Assembly: GCA_035693825.1 (NCBI GenBank) | Contig: DASSGB010000207.1 | Location: 384-64,383 of the forward strand | Direction: 5' to 3' | Origin: Anaerolineales bacterium | GTDB lineage: Bacteria > Chloroflexota > Anaerolineae > Anaerolineales > E44-bin32 | Length of the DNA stretch: 64,000 bases | Shown: one piece after another, positions 29,027 through 38,210 of the stretch | Position numbering within the stretch: position 1 is the stretch's first letter | How the letters are laid out: the number at the start of each line of letters is the position of its first letter | The notes under the pieces: model-generated | What the model was told of the DNA's origin: nothing | Seen by the model: the letters and a program-made list of their open reading frames with translations, nothing else | Databases searched by the model: none | Made by a program: the position numbers and the translations under genes

Positions 29027-30058
29027 GTGCGTGTCCTCGTCACAGGTGCTACGGGCTTCCTCGGCTCCAATATCACCCGCGGGCTCGTCGCCGCCGGTCA
29101 TCGTGTCCGCGTCTTGGCCCGGCCGCAGAGTCCCCTCGACTTGCTCACGGCCTTGCCGATAGAGATCGTTCGAGGCGATGTGCGCGCTCCGGCGAGTCTC
29201 GCTCCCGCCGTCGACGGGATGGAGGCGGTCATCCATTGCGCAGCTCAGATGCGCGGCGGTCGCAACCTCGCCGAGCGGATCCGCAGCCACCTGGATGGAA
29301 CCCGCAAGATGCTCGCCGCCGCCCGAGACGCGCGCCTCGCTCGATTCGTCCACGTTTCATCGGTGGCCGCCCTGGGCATCCCCGATGCGCCGCCGGCGGC
29401 CAGCGACGCCGGGGCCATCGCTCTGGATGAGACGCACACCTGGAATGCGCCTGCAGAAATGTGGCCGTACGGATTCGCCAAACATCAAGCCGAAGAGGAA
29501 GTCCGGTCGGCCGCAGCCTCGGGCCTAGAAGCGGTGATCGTCAATCCGTCCATCGTCTTCGGCGCGGGCGATCGCAACCGCGTGTCGAACGCGCTTCTGC
29601 TGCACGCGGCTCGCGGCCGTCTGCCTCCCATCCTCCCGGGCGGTGTGGGCGTCGTGCATGTCGAGGATGTCGTGGACGGGACCCTGGCCGCATTGGAGAA
29701 GGGCCGGAGCGGAGAGCGTTACATCCTCAACAGCGAGAACCTGACGGTCGAGCGTCTCCTGCAGATGGCGGCCGAGGTCGCCGGTGTCGAGCCGCCGCGA
29801 GTGCGTCTCTCGCTGAGGACGGCCCGCAGGCTGGCCTGGATGGCGAATGTGCTGGCGTTTCGATTCCGAATCGGAACGCGTCCGGTGCTGCTCGACCTGG
29901 CCGGGCGCTATTTCTACTACGATTCTCGCAAGGCGCGTCGTGAGCTCGGGGTGTCGCTGGCCCGGCCGGCGCGGCTGGGAGCGCAACAGGCCCTGGCCTG
30001 GTACGCCGATCCGACGCCTTTGCGGGCCCGCAACGAGCGTCCTGAATCCGGTGTGTGA
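29027..30058 (+). CDS. NAD(P)-dependent epimerase/dehydratase-family SDR (paralog of 16919..17998)
   Basis: GTG start. VTGATGFLGSNITRGL and YGFAKHQAE. Collinear similarity to the 16919 gene (APAVxGxxxVxHxAAQ, DGTRxxxxAAxDARxxRxVxxSSVxALGxP). Confidence 0.8.
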   Translation: MRVLVTGATGFLGSNITRGLVAAGHRVRVLARPQSPLDLLTALPIEIVRGDVRAPASLAPAVDGMEAVIHCAAQMRGGRNLAERIRSHLDGTRKMLAAARDARLARFVHVSSVAALGIPDAPPAASDAGAIALDETHTWNAPAEMWPYGFAKHQAEEEVRSAAASGLEAVIVNPSIVFGAGDRNRVSNALLLHAARGRLPPILPGGVGVVHVEDVVDGTLAALEKGRSGERYILNSENLTVERLLQMAAEVAGVEPPRVRLSLRTARRLAWMANVLAFRFRIGTRPVLLDLAGRYFYYDSRKARRELGVSLARPARLGAQQALAWYADPTPLRARNERPESGV

Positions 30059-33000
30059 TACACTCCTCCAGGGGAATGCCCGCCAAGACGCGTCTCTCTC
30101 CCCCCAGCACCCTCCGCCGCGGCGAAACAGACACCATCTGGGCGTCCACCTTGCGCGCCGCCGCGGGCGTTGCCAGTCGCGCCGCGGCAAGCGAAGAAGA
30201 CGTCCTGCACGCGGTGACCGAAGAGCTGCGCCGCCTCAAACTGCGCGGCTCGGTCATGCTCTTCACCCCCGACGGCAAACTCGAGGTCCGCACCTCCGCC
30301 ATCAGCCAGTCGCTGGAGACCACCCTGGCGCGGTTGACGCGCCTGAGCATCGTCGGTTACCGGTTCGAACCCTCCCAGGTCGATCTGATCCGGGAGAGCC
30401 TGCGGACCGGCCAACCCGGCTTCGCCCCCTTCTCGACCGACCTGATACGCCAGCTCCTGCCTCCTTCCCTGCGCGGGTTGATGCCGCGCCTGATGCGCAT
30501 GCTCGGCGACAACCCCATCCTTACGGCGCCGCTCACCCTGGGCGATCGGAAACTGGGAATGCTCACCCTGACCGCCCCTTGGCTGACGGCCGCCGACGGT
30601 CCGATGCTGGCCGCGCTGGCGGATCACATCGCCATCGCCCTGAGCCACGTTCGCAGCCGGGCCGAAATGCGAGCGGCCCTCGAACGCGAGCATCTGCTCA
30701 ACCAGGTGGCCGAGGCCGTCGCCAGCGCCCTCGACTTGCCGGAAGTCCTGCAGCGAGTCGCCCGCCTGGCGGCCGAACTGACGGGCAGCGACTTCTCGGC
30801 GATCTCGCTGCTCGAGCCCGGAGGCGATCGGCTGGGCCCGCCGTACCTCTACGGTCTTCCCAACGATCCCCGCTTCACGCCTGGACCGCGCGGTCGCGGG
30901 CTCGTCTGGAGGGTCATCGAAAAGGCCGGTCCGGTCGTGCTGGATGAGTACGCCGCCGATCCGCACGCGCTCCCGGCGTGGGTCGAGGCCGGAGTCCAGG
31001 CCTTCCTGGGGATTCCTCTCGTCGCCGGCGACCAGGTTATCGGCGCGATGGGCTTGTTCACCCGGCACCGCGGCAAGGCGTTCGGAAAAGAGCAGCTGGC
31101 CATCGCCGAGGGAATTGCCCGCATGGCGGCCATCGCTGTCAGCAATGCCCGCCTGTACTCCGAAGCCAGCCGTCGCGCCGAGGAAGCACAGGCCCTGATC
31201 CGCACGGCGCGCTCGATCACGGCCTCGCTGGATCTGGTCACCGTCTTGAGCATGATCGCCGAGCAGGCCCGCGACCTGCTGCACGCCGACGGCAGCCGCA
31301 TCCACCTGCTCGATCCCGAACGGGGCGTGCTTCGCTGCCTGGTGGCCCTCGACACGCACGCCGAGGCTCTGCTCTCGCTCGAACTCCCGCGCGGCTCAGG
31401 CCTGGTGGGCTGGGTCATGGAGCACGGCGCGCCGCTCCTGAGCAACGAGCCCACCTCCGACCCGCGCAGCCTGCACGTTCCCGGCACGCCACAGGACGAG
31501 CCCGAGTGCATCATCATGGCCCCGCTCACCGTCCGCCAGCGGACCATGGGCGTCATGGTCGTGATGCGCGAGGGACGCGCCCGCCCCTTCCATAATTCGG
31601 ACCTTGACCTGCTGACGGCGCTGGCGGCGCAGGCGGCCGTCGCCATCGAGAACGCCCACCTCTTCGGCCAGATTCAGGCTCAGGCGGCCCATCTGGAGGC
31701 CCAGGTCGCCGAACGCACGCGCGACCTGGCCCTGTCCGAGGCACGCTATCGATCCCTGGTCGAGACCTCCATCGCCGCCATCGCTCAGGTCGACTTCAAC
31801 GGCCGGGTGATCTACGCCAATCAGGCGTTCGCCTCGCTGATGGGTACGACCACCGACATGTTGTTGGGCAAGCCGATGTCGGCCCTGATGCCTCCCGACA
31901 TGGTCGACCGACACCGTACGATCCTGGAGAAGCGGCTGCACGGGGAGGCCCCGCCGGCCGATGTGATCGAGGCGGAGTTTGTTTCGCCATCCGGCCGACG
32001 CGTCCCGGTGCTGATGGGTGTGCGTGTCATCCACGACGAGGAGGGCCAGGCGCAGGGCGTGACGATCCTGGTGCTCGACATTTCCGATCGCCGCGACCTC
32101 GAGGCCGCGCTGCGAGGCGAACGCGACCGCCTGGACGCCATCCTGTTCAATGTCGGCGATGCCGTGGTCGTGACCGACGCCGACGGCATCATCGAATACG
32201 TCAATCCGGCCTGGGAGAGACTCAACGGCTACAGCGCCGATGAGGCCGTCGGCCAGCCGGCCAGCATTCTGAAGAGCGGCCAGCACACGCCCGATGTTTA
32301 CGCCGACCTGTGGCGCACGGTGAAGTCCGGCAAGACCTGGCACGGCGATTTGATCAACCGCCGCAAAGACGGCACCACCTACGACGTGGCCCTGACCGTC
32401 ACGCCGCTGCTCGACGAGGCCGGCAATGTGGCCAACATCGTCGCCGTGCTGTACGACATCAGCGCCCTCAAGCAGGTCGACCGCCTCAAGACGCAGTTCG
32501 TCTCGGATGTCTCGCATGAGCTGCGCACCCCGCTGACCAACATCCGTCTGTACCTGGATCTGCTGCGGACAACCTCCGACCGCATGAAGGTCGAACGCTA
32601 CCTGGACACCCTGTCCCGCGAGAGCGACCGCCTGGCCTATCTCATCGACGATCTGCTTTCGCTCTCGCGTCTGGATTCGGGGACGACCACCTTCGACGTG
32701 CGCCCGGTCGACCTCAATCGCCTCTTGCGCTCGCTGGTCGACGACCGTCACGCGCTGGCCTCCAACCGCGGGCTCAACCTTCGCCTGGAGGCGGACGCCA
32801 ATCTGCCCCTGGCCCTGGGCGACGAGCGATTGCTGACTCAGGTTTTCACCAACCTCCTGACCAACGCCATCAACTACACGCCGGATCACGGCAGGATCAC
32901 CATTCGCACCTACATCGAAGACCTTGTCGAGGCTCCCGGCGTGGCGACGGACGTGGAGGACACCGGACCCGGCATTCCGCCCGAGGAACGCGCCCACCTC

Positions 33001-33201
33001 TTCGAGCGCTTCTTCCGCGGCCGTGCCGGCCGCGCCACAGGCGCCGCCGGCACGGGGCTCGGGCTGGCGATCTGCAAGGAGATTGTGGACCGGCACGGAG
33101 GGCGAATCAGCCTGGAAAGCGGCACCGGCGGCATCGGAGCCCGGTTCACCGTTTGGCTTCCCACTCGCCCGCTGGCGGAAGTTGAGAAAGCGGCCGGCTA
33201 G
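30055..33201 (+). CDS. multi-sensor histidine kinase (unknown N-terminal domain, GAF x2, PAS x2, HisKA, HATPase_c)
   Basis: H-box FVSDVSHELRTPLTNI, N-box LLTNAINYTP, G1 DTGPGIPPEE, G2 GTGLGLAICKEIV. Start could be GTG 30055 (overlaps the upstream stop) or ATG 30076. Confidence 0.85.
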   Translation: MIHSSRGMPAKTRLSPPSTLRRGETDTIWASTLRAAAGVASRAAASEEDVLHAVTEELRRLKLRGSVMLFTPDGKLEVRTSAISQSLETTLARLTRLSIVGYRFEPSQVDLIRESLRTGQPGFAPFSTDLIRQLLPPSLRGLMPRLMRMLGDNPILTAPLTLGDRKLGMLTLTAPWLTAADGPMLAALADHIAIALSHVRSRAEMRAALEREHLLNQVAEAVASALDLPEVLQRVARLAAELTGSDFSAISLLEPGGDRLGPPYLYGLPNDPRFTPGPRGRGLVWRVIEKAGPVVLDEYAADPHALPAWVEAGVQAFLGIPLVAGDQVIGAMGLFTRHRGKAFGKEQLAIAEGIARMAAIAVSNARLYSEASRRAEEAQALIRTARSITASLDLVTVLSMIAEQARDLLHADGSRIHLLDPERGVLRCLVALDTHAEALLSLELPRGSGLVGWVMEHGAPLLSNEPTSDPRSLHVPGTPQDEPECIIMAPLTVRQRTMGVMVVMREGRARPFHNSDLDLLTALAAQAAVAIENAHLFGQIQAQAAHLEAQVAERTRDLALSEARYRSLVETSIAAIAQVDFNGRVIYANQAFASLMGTTTDMLLGKPMSALMPPDMVDRHRTILEKRLHGEAPPADVIEAEFVSPSGRRVPVLMGVRVIHDEEGQAQGVTILVLDISDRRDLEAALRGERDRLDAILFNVGDAVVVTDADGIIEYVNPAWERLNGYSADEAVGQPASILKSGQHTPDVYADLWRTVKSGKTWHGDLINRRKDGTTYDVALTVTPLLDEAGNVANIVAVLYDISALKQVDRLKTQFVSDVSHELRTPLTNIRLYLDLLRTTSDRMKVERYLDTLSRESDRLAYLIDDLLSLSRLDSGTTTFDVRPVDLNRLLRSLVDDRHALASNRGLNLRLEADANLPLALGDERLLTQVFTNLLTNAINYTPDHGRITIRTYIEDLVEAPGVATDVEDTGPGIPPEERAHLFERFFRGRAGRATGAAGTGLGLAICKEIVDRHGGRISLESGTGGIGARFTVWLPTRPLAEVEKAAG

Positions 33202-34242
33202 CTAGGGACCTGTACCCCGGGGCCGAGAGCGGCTGGCCAGCCACAGCGCCTCTTCCGCCAGCAACGTCTCCCGCCAGGCCTGCTCCGCGGGCCGGAACTT
33301 CAGCCCGAGATCCGCCTCAGCCTTGCTCGACGTGTAGCGAAACGAGACGTAGGCGCTTCGAACCGCCTCCAGCGACACGAACTCGCGAAGCCCCAGCATG
33401 GGGAGGGCTGGCCCGAGGACCGCGCTCTGCGCCAGAGCCAGGCTGCGCGGAAGCCACAGCCACACGGCTTTTCGGTGCATGGTTTCTTCCCAGACGTCGA
33501 TCATTTCTCGCACGGTAAGGATGTGGCCGCCGAGAAAGTAGATCTCGCCGGGCCGGCCCCGTTCGGCGACGGCCAGCATGCCATCGGCCACATCGTCGAC
33601 GTGGGCGAAAGTGAACGCGCCGTCCGGTGCCCACGCCAGGGGAGGCAGTCTTCGCCGGACGAAAAGGCGGGCCGGGATTCCGAACACGGAGTGGTCCCCG
33701 GGGCCGATGACCTGCGCCGGACAGGCGATGATCACCGGCTCGCCCGCGGCCTGGTGCCTCAAGGCGAGGCGGTGGGCCTCGGCCTTGGTATGTTCATAGA
33801 AGGAATTCCACGGCTTCCGGCGCTCGAACGACTCATCCTCGACCGCGCCTCCTGTGTCTCCCAGGGCCGTCGTGGAGGAGGTGAACACCGTGCGCGCGAC
33901 GCCGGCCTCGGCCGCGAGCGTCAAGGCATGCTCGGTGCCTTCGACGTTCACCGCCCACATGCGCCGCTGGAGTCGCCGCGGGATTCCGTACTCGTACCAC
34001 CCGGCGTTGTGGAAAAGGAATCTCGGACGGGCAACGTCCAGCGCGGCCTTCAGCGTCTCTCGCTGGGTCACGTCCCCCAGCAACAGCCGCGCCCCTTGAG
34101 CCGCCAGGCCGCGGGCCCGGTCTGAATCCGGCTGACGGACGAGGACATACACCTCCCAGCCGCGACGCAGCGCGGCCTTGGTCAGCTGGCGCCCGATGAA
34201 ACCCGTCGCGCCCGTGATCAGGGCCCGCGGCTTCACGCTCAT
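33202..34242 (-). CDS. NAD(P)-dependent epimerase/dehydratase-family SDR
   Basis: ITGATGFIGRQLTKAAL and YEHTKAEAH (YxxxK). The ATG overlaps the sbcC stop (ATGA at 34239..34242). Confidence 0.8.
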   Translation of the reverse strand: MSVKPRALITGATGFIGRQLTKAALRRGWEVYVLVRQPDSDRARGLAAQGARLLLGDVTQRETLKAALDVARPRFLFHNAGWYEYGIPRRLQRRMWAVNVEGTEHALTLAAEAGVARTVFTSSTTALGDTGGAVEDESFERRKPWNSFYEHTKAEAHRLALRHQAAGEPVIIACPAQVIGPGDHSVFGIPARLFVRRRLPPLAWAPDGAFTFAHVDDVADGMLAVAERGRPGEIYFLGGHILTVREMIDVWEETMHRKAVWLWLPRSLALAQSAVLGPALPMLGLREFVSLEAVRSAYVSFRYTSSKAEADLGLKFRPAEQAWRETLLAEEALWLASRSRPRGTGP

Positions 34243-36332
34243 GACAGGCTGTAGACCGAACCTTCAGGAGTTTTCCGGACTTCGATCCGCACGGGGAAAG
34301 CGTCTTTCATTTCATCCAGGTGCGTGATGACCAGAATGCGGTCGAAATCATCCTGGATGCTGTTGATCGTCGCCACCAGTTGTTCGCGGCCGCGCGCGTC
34401 TTGCGTGCCGAAACCCTCGTCCAGAAACAGGCAGCGCAGCTGAGCCCCCGCGCGCCGCGCCAGCAGACGCGACAGCGCGATGCGGACGGCAAAATCGATG
34501 CGGAAGGCTTCGCCGCCCGAATACAGTTCGTAGGGCCGGGTGCCCAACTCGTCGGAGATGAGGATGTCCAACACCTCGCGCAGTTCTCCTTCCTTGCTTT
34601 CGCGCTGCGTCTCGATGCGCACGTGCATCCGCCCGTCGCTCATCTTGCCCAGCAGGTCGTTCGCCGCGCGTTCGAGTTCCGGAACAACGGTCTCGATGAC
34701 CATGGCGGGGACGCCGCGTTTGGAGAACGCCTGGCGCAGGTCCTCATACAGGCCGAGATCATCCGCCAGGCGCTGGCGTTCGACCAGCCGTTCCTGCCGC
34801 TGTCGGGCGAACGATTCCAGCGCCAACAGCTGCTGGCGGGCCCCGCCAACTCGCTCGACCGCCAGCCGATTCTCCAGTCGCAGGCGATCCACGTCGGCCT
34901 GCGTCAGCGCGGCGGCCCGGAGCGCGGCTTCGAGGGCATCGGCGTGCTCCTCCAGGCTGTGGCGCGCCCCCTGGTCGGCGGTCATCTCCTGAGCCCAGCG
35001 TTGTGCTCGAGCGTCGAGTTGAGCCGCTCGTTCCGCCGCCGACTCGGCATGCTGCCAGGCCGTCTCGAGCTCGCCCAGCCGTTTTTCGAGCGCCGGACGT
35101 TCGCGCGTGCGCGCCTGAAGCGCAGCATGATCGCGTTCCAGGCCGGCGGCCTGAGCCTCGAGCTCCTTCAGGCGTGCCTGCTGGGTTCGATAGCGTTCGC
35201 GGCGCTCCTCGAGATTCGCGTGAAGCTCCTCCACCAGACGATGGCGATGGTCGTCGGTCAACTCCTGACCGCAGGTCGGGCAGGTGGGCGACTGCGATTC
35301 CTGCAGCACGGTCAGCCGGGTCTTGAGCGGATCGCTTTCGGCGACCATGACCTGATTCTGGCCGCGCAGTCGCGCCGCCTCATCCCGCGCCGCGGCCAAA
35401 GCTGTCGCCACTTGCGCCAGGTCGGCCTCCAGCAAAGGAAAGGCCTCCAGCGCCAGGCGCACATCGGTCAGGCTGCTCTCTAGCGCGGAGCGATCGGCCT
35501 GAGCGCGGGCCGCAGTGAGTTCGCGCTCGGCCTCGCGCGCCTCCCGCTCGGCAGCCACGATCCTCCGGGTCAGGTCGTCGATCTGCCGCTGGACCGTGAC
35601 CAATTCGGTGCGCGTCTGCTCGAGGTCGGCCCATTGGCGCTCGGCGTGAGCCAGGCGTTCGGCCGCAGTTTCGGCAGCGGCCAGGGCCGTCTCCAACGCG
35701 GTCCGGTATTCGCCTTCGCGTTCGAGCTCGGCCTCGACCTCGTGCAGCCAGCCGTCCAGGCGCTGCATGGATTCGCGCGTCTGCCCGATGCGATCGCGCG
35801 CCCGCTGTTCGAACACTTCCCATCGCTCGAGGCCCAGGATTTTGCCCAGGACCTGTTTGCGTTCCGCGGGCGTCTTGGTGGTGAACTCATCCGCCCGGCC
35901 CTGCACCAGGAAGGCCGAGTTGACGAAGGTCTCGTAGTCGAGGCGCAGGAGGCGATCGATGGCCTGCTGGGTTTCGCGCAGGCCGGCTTCCGAAAGACTC
36001 TGCCACGACCCGGCCTGCTCATTCCAGACCTGGAGCTCGAGCAGACTGGCGCCGCGCTTCCCGGCTCGCCGCTGGCGCATGACGCGGTAGCGAGTCGCCC
36101 CCTGATCGAAGGTCAGATCGACGCGCATGTCGGTCTCGCCCTGATGGATCAGTTCGTCCGGAGAGCTGCCGCGCGCCTTGCCCCACAGCGCCCAGGTGAT
36201 GGCATCCAACAGCGACGACTTGCCGGCCCCATTCGGCCCGGCCAGACACGCAATGTGAATCCCATCCAACCGCAGAGGTCCCGGGTGTCGATAGGCGAGG
36301 AAGTTGACCGGCTCCAACTCGACCGGGATCAC
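34239..36332 (-). CDS. sbcC: SbcC/Rad50-type SMC-like ATPase (short coiled-coil form)
   Basis: Walker A GPNGAGKSSLLDAITWALWG, long coiled coil with zinc hook CPTC (35271..35285), signature YSGGEAF, Walker B LFLDEGFGTQD. The GTG start lies inside repeat unit 1. Confidence 0.85.
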   Translation of the reverse strand: MIPVELEPVNFLAYRHPGPLRLDGIHIACLAGPNGAGKSSLLDAITWALWGKARGSSPDELIHQGETDMRVDLTFDQGATRYRVMRQRRAGKRGASLLELQVWNEQAGSWQSLSEAGLRETQQAIDRLLRLDYETFVNSAFLVQGRADEFTTKTPAERKQVLGKILGLERWEVFEQRARDRIGQTRESMQRLDGWLHEVEAELEREGEYRTALETALAAAETAAERLAHAERQWADLEQTRTELVTVQRQIDDLTRRIVAAEREAREAERELTAARAQADRSALESSLTDVRLALEAFPLLEADLAQVATALAAARDEAARLRGQNQVMVAESDPLKTRLTVLQESQSPTCPTCGQELTDDHRHRLVEELHANLEERRERYRTQQARLKELEAQAAGLERDHAALQARTRERPALEKRLGELETAWQHAESAAERAAQLDARAQRWAQEMTADQGARHSLEEHADALEAALRAAALTQADVDRLRLENRLAVERVGGARQQLLALESFARQRQERLVERQRLADDLGLYEDLRQAFSKRGVPAMVIETVVPELERAANDLLGKMSDGRMHVRIETQRESKEGELREVLDILISDELGTRPYELYSGGEAFRIDFAVRIALSRLLARRAGAQLRCLFLDEGFGTQDARGREQLVATINSIQDDFDRILVITHLDEMKDAFPVRIEVRKTPEGSVYSLS

Positions 36333-36445
36333 CCCTGCACCTCATCTGAAGAAAGTGAGGTAAGTGCAGGGGTCACCCCTGCGCCTCCTTTGGCGGAAGA
36401 GCGGTAAGCGCAGGGGTCACCCCTGCGCCTCATCCAAGGCAAGAG
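36330..36445. repeat. tandem array of 2.7 x 44-nt hairpin units between sbcD and sbcC
   Basis: 36330..36373 CACCCCTGCACCTCATCTGAAGAAAGTGAGGTAAGTGCAGGGGT. 36374..36417 CACCCCTGCGCCTCCTTTGGCGGAAGAGCGGTAAGCGCAGGGGT. A partial third unit follows. Same family as 14846..14932, 47021..47063 and 61608..61691. Confidence 0.9.
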
Positions 36446-37705
36446 TCACTTTCGCCCTCCGCGGCCCGTTGCAGTCGGCGCGGGCGGGTTCTCCTCGACG
36501 AGTTCTTCCGCCCGCTGGAGGAGCGACTCCACGCGCGCGTCTTTCACGCCCCTGCCCCGGAAATACTGCTCGACGAGCTGCAACGGCGTCAGCGTTTCGA
36601 AGGCCGCCTCGCCCAGCCGGGCACGCGCCTCGCTCTCCATCAGGCGCGAGATGGTCAGGTTGTTGGCGCCCTCCAGGGCCGCCTCGATCTCGCGCTCGCG
36701 CAGCTGCGCCTGCTGATCGACTCGCAGGGTGACCAGCACGCGCACAATCGCTCCGTCGATCGGGATCGAGCTCGCCGCCCGAACGACGGCGGCCGTAGGG
36801 TCGGACTCGCTGCGCACGTCGACGGTGACGGTGCGAAAGGGCCGCGCCGCGACCGGCTGGAACGACCAGCGCGTCGACCCGCGCGCCAGCTCCACCCAGC
36901 AAAAACCTTTCGGCTCGTCCTCCTCGCCGAAATCGATTCTCTCGAGAGAGCCGCTGTAGACGACCTGGGGATAGCCGCCGGGATTGAGCACCTGGTGCTT
37001 GTGGATGTGGCCCAGGGCGACGTAGTCCCAGGCCGTGTCGTTGAGGGTGGATGTCAGCACGGCCACATCGCGGCCAAGCATGACGGTGCGTTCGGATCCC
37101 AGGCGCGCCTCGGCCACCGAGAGATGGCCCGCCAGCAAGCGCGGCATCGGCTGCGACCGGGCTTCCTCGGCCAGCCCCGCCAACACCTCCGACACCGTCT
37201 GGCGAAGTGCGGCCTCGAGCTGCTCGATGGTCTTGCCGGCGTGCTCCTCACGCGTGAGCAGCCGGTTGCGCATCGGGTAGGGAATCCAGGCCAGATACAC
37301 CGGGCCTCGACGGGTCTCGACGACGCGGCCCTCGGCCTTGTGGCCGACGATGACGCCGGGCACGTCCAGGGCCTGGAAGATGTCGACGCTGCTGGCTTTG
37401 GCGGCCATGCCCGGCATGTCGTGATTGCCCACCAGAAGCAGCGTGGGCATGTGATCGGCCAGACGCTTCATGCGCTGAGCGAACTCCCGCTGCTGCGTGG
37501 GCTCGGGATCCCGGTTCTTGAATGCGTCTCCGGCGAAGACCGCCAGGTCGCCATCCTGGAGAATGGCGAAGTCGATCACTTCGTCCAGGCGATCCAGGAA
37601 ATCGCGCACGCGGCTGGAGGTGCCGGTTTCGGGATCCAGCCGGCCGTAGTTCTCCATGCCGATATGGGCGTCGGCGAAATGCAGGACTCGCAGCGGTTCG
37701 GCCAT
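36446..37705 (-). CDS. sbcD: SbcD/Mre11-type nuclease
   Basis: Calcineurin-like phosphoesterase motifs HFADAHIG, GDAFKN, GNHD and LGHIH. C-terminal capping domain. Confidence 0.85.
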   Translation of the reverse strand: MAEPLRVLHFADAHIGMENYGRLDPETGTSSRVRDFLDRLDEVIDFAILQDGDLAVFAGDAFKNRDPEPTQQREFAQRMKRLADHMPTLLLVGNHDMPGMAAKASSVDIFQALDVPGVIVGHKAEGRVVETRRGPVYLAWIPYPMRNRLLTREEHAGKTIEQLEAALRQTVSEVLAGLAEEARSQPMPRLLAGHLSVAEARLGSERTVMLGRDVAVLTSTLNDTAWDYVALGHIHKHQVLNPGGYPQVVYSGSLERIDFGEEDEPKGFCWVELARGSTRWSFQPVAARPFRTVTVDVRSESDPTAAVVRAASSIPIDGAIVRVLVTLRVDQQAQLREREIEAALEGANNLTISRLMESEARARLGEAAFETLTPLQLVEQYFRGRGVKDARVESLLQRAEELVEENPPAPTATGRGGRK

Positions 37706-37748
37706 CGAGGTCGCGTGGGCGCGCCGCCGGCCCTCGGCGCGGAGGGTT

Positions 37749-38210
37749 CTACTCAGGCCGGTCGATCTTCGGCCGGCCCATGCCCAGAAGGCTCAGACAC
37801 AAGAACAGTTCGCCGCGGTGATGGATCACCTGCTCGAGAACGTGCCACAAGATCCATCCCAGCATCGGAGTTCCGTCGCCCGGCACCTGAACGATGCGGT
37901 CCAGGTCCTCCATGGGCACCGTGGCCAGGTAGGCCATGGTCTCCTTGTGGACGCGCTCCAGGTCCGAGCGCAGGGAAGCGACGTCTCGACCAAGGGCGTT
38001 CTCGTCCGGCCAGGCCGGGACATCACGGCGGACGACGAAGCCGACCCAACCCTGCTGCAGGTTGATGATGTGACGCAAGATGCCGCCGACCGTGCGCGGG
38101 TAGGTCTCCGACGGCCGGAAGTCGAGATGCGCGTCCTTCAGCATCGACACCCCGCGCATCAGGTCACGCTGGACGACGTCCCAGTGATCGAAGTACTCGG
38201 CTGCGTTCAT
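37749..38210 (-). CDS. DinB-family (four-helix-bundle metal-binding) protein
   Basis: MNAAEYFDHW...RHIINLQQGW...WHVLEQVIHHRGE (His triad pattern). ATG 38210 overlaps the LOG stop (ATGA). Confidence 0.7.
   Translation of the reverse strand: MNAAEYFDHWDVVQRDLMRGVSMLKDAHLDFRPSETYPRTVGGILRHIINLQQGWVGFVVRRDVPAWPDENALGRDVASLRSDLERVHKETMAYLATVPMEDLDRIVQVPGDGTPMLGWILWHVLEQVIHHRGELFLCLSLLGMGRPKIDRPE

Noticed and set aside
36330-36445. Possible CRISPR array, given regularly spaced 44-nt repeats (also at 14846..14932)
   Set aside because: The units are directly adjacent with no unique spacers. There are only 2-3 copies. Each unit is itself a hairpin, no cas genes are in the window, and the same unit occurs singly elsewhere. 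The array is REP-like, not CRISPR.
34239-37705. SMC-like ATPase plus nuclease pair as a Lamassu/Wadjet/Gabija-type anti-phage system
   Set aside because: The ATPase has the Rad50/SbcC zinc hook and signature motifs. The nuclease has the full Mre11/SbcD phosphoesterase motif set. There are no LmuA/JetABCD-type partners, no mobile-element context and no compositional anomaly. Housekeeping SbcCD is the economical reading.
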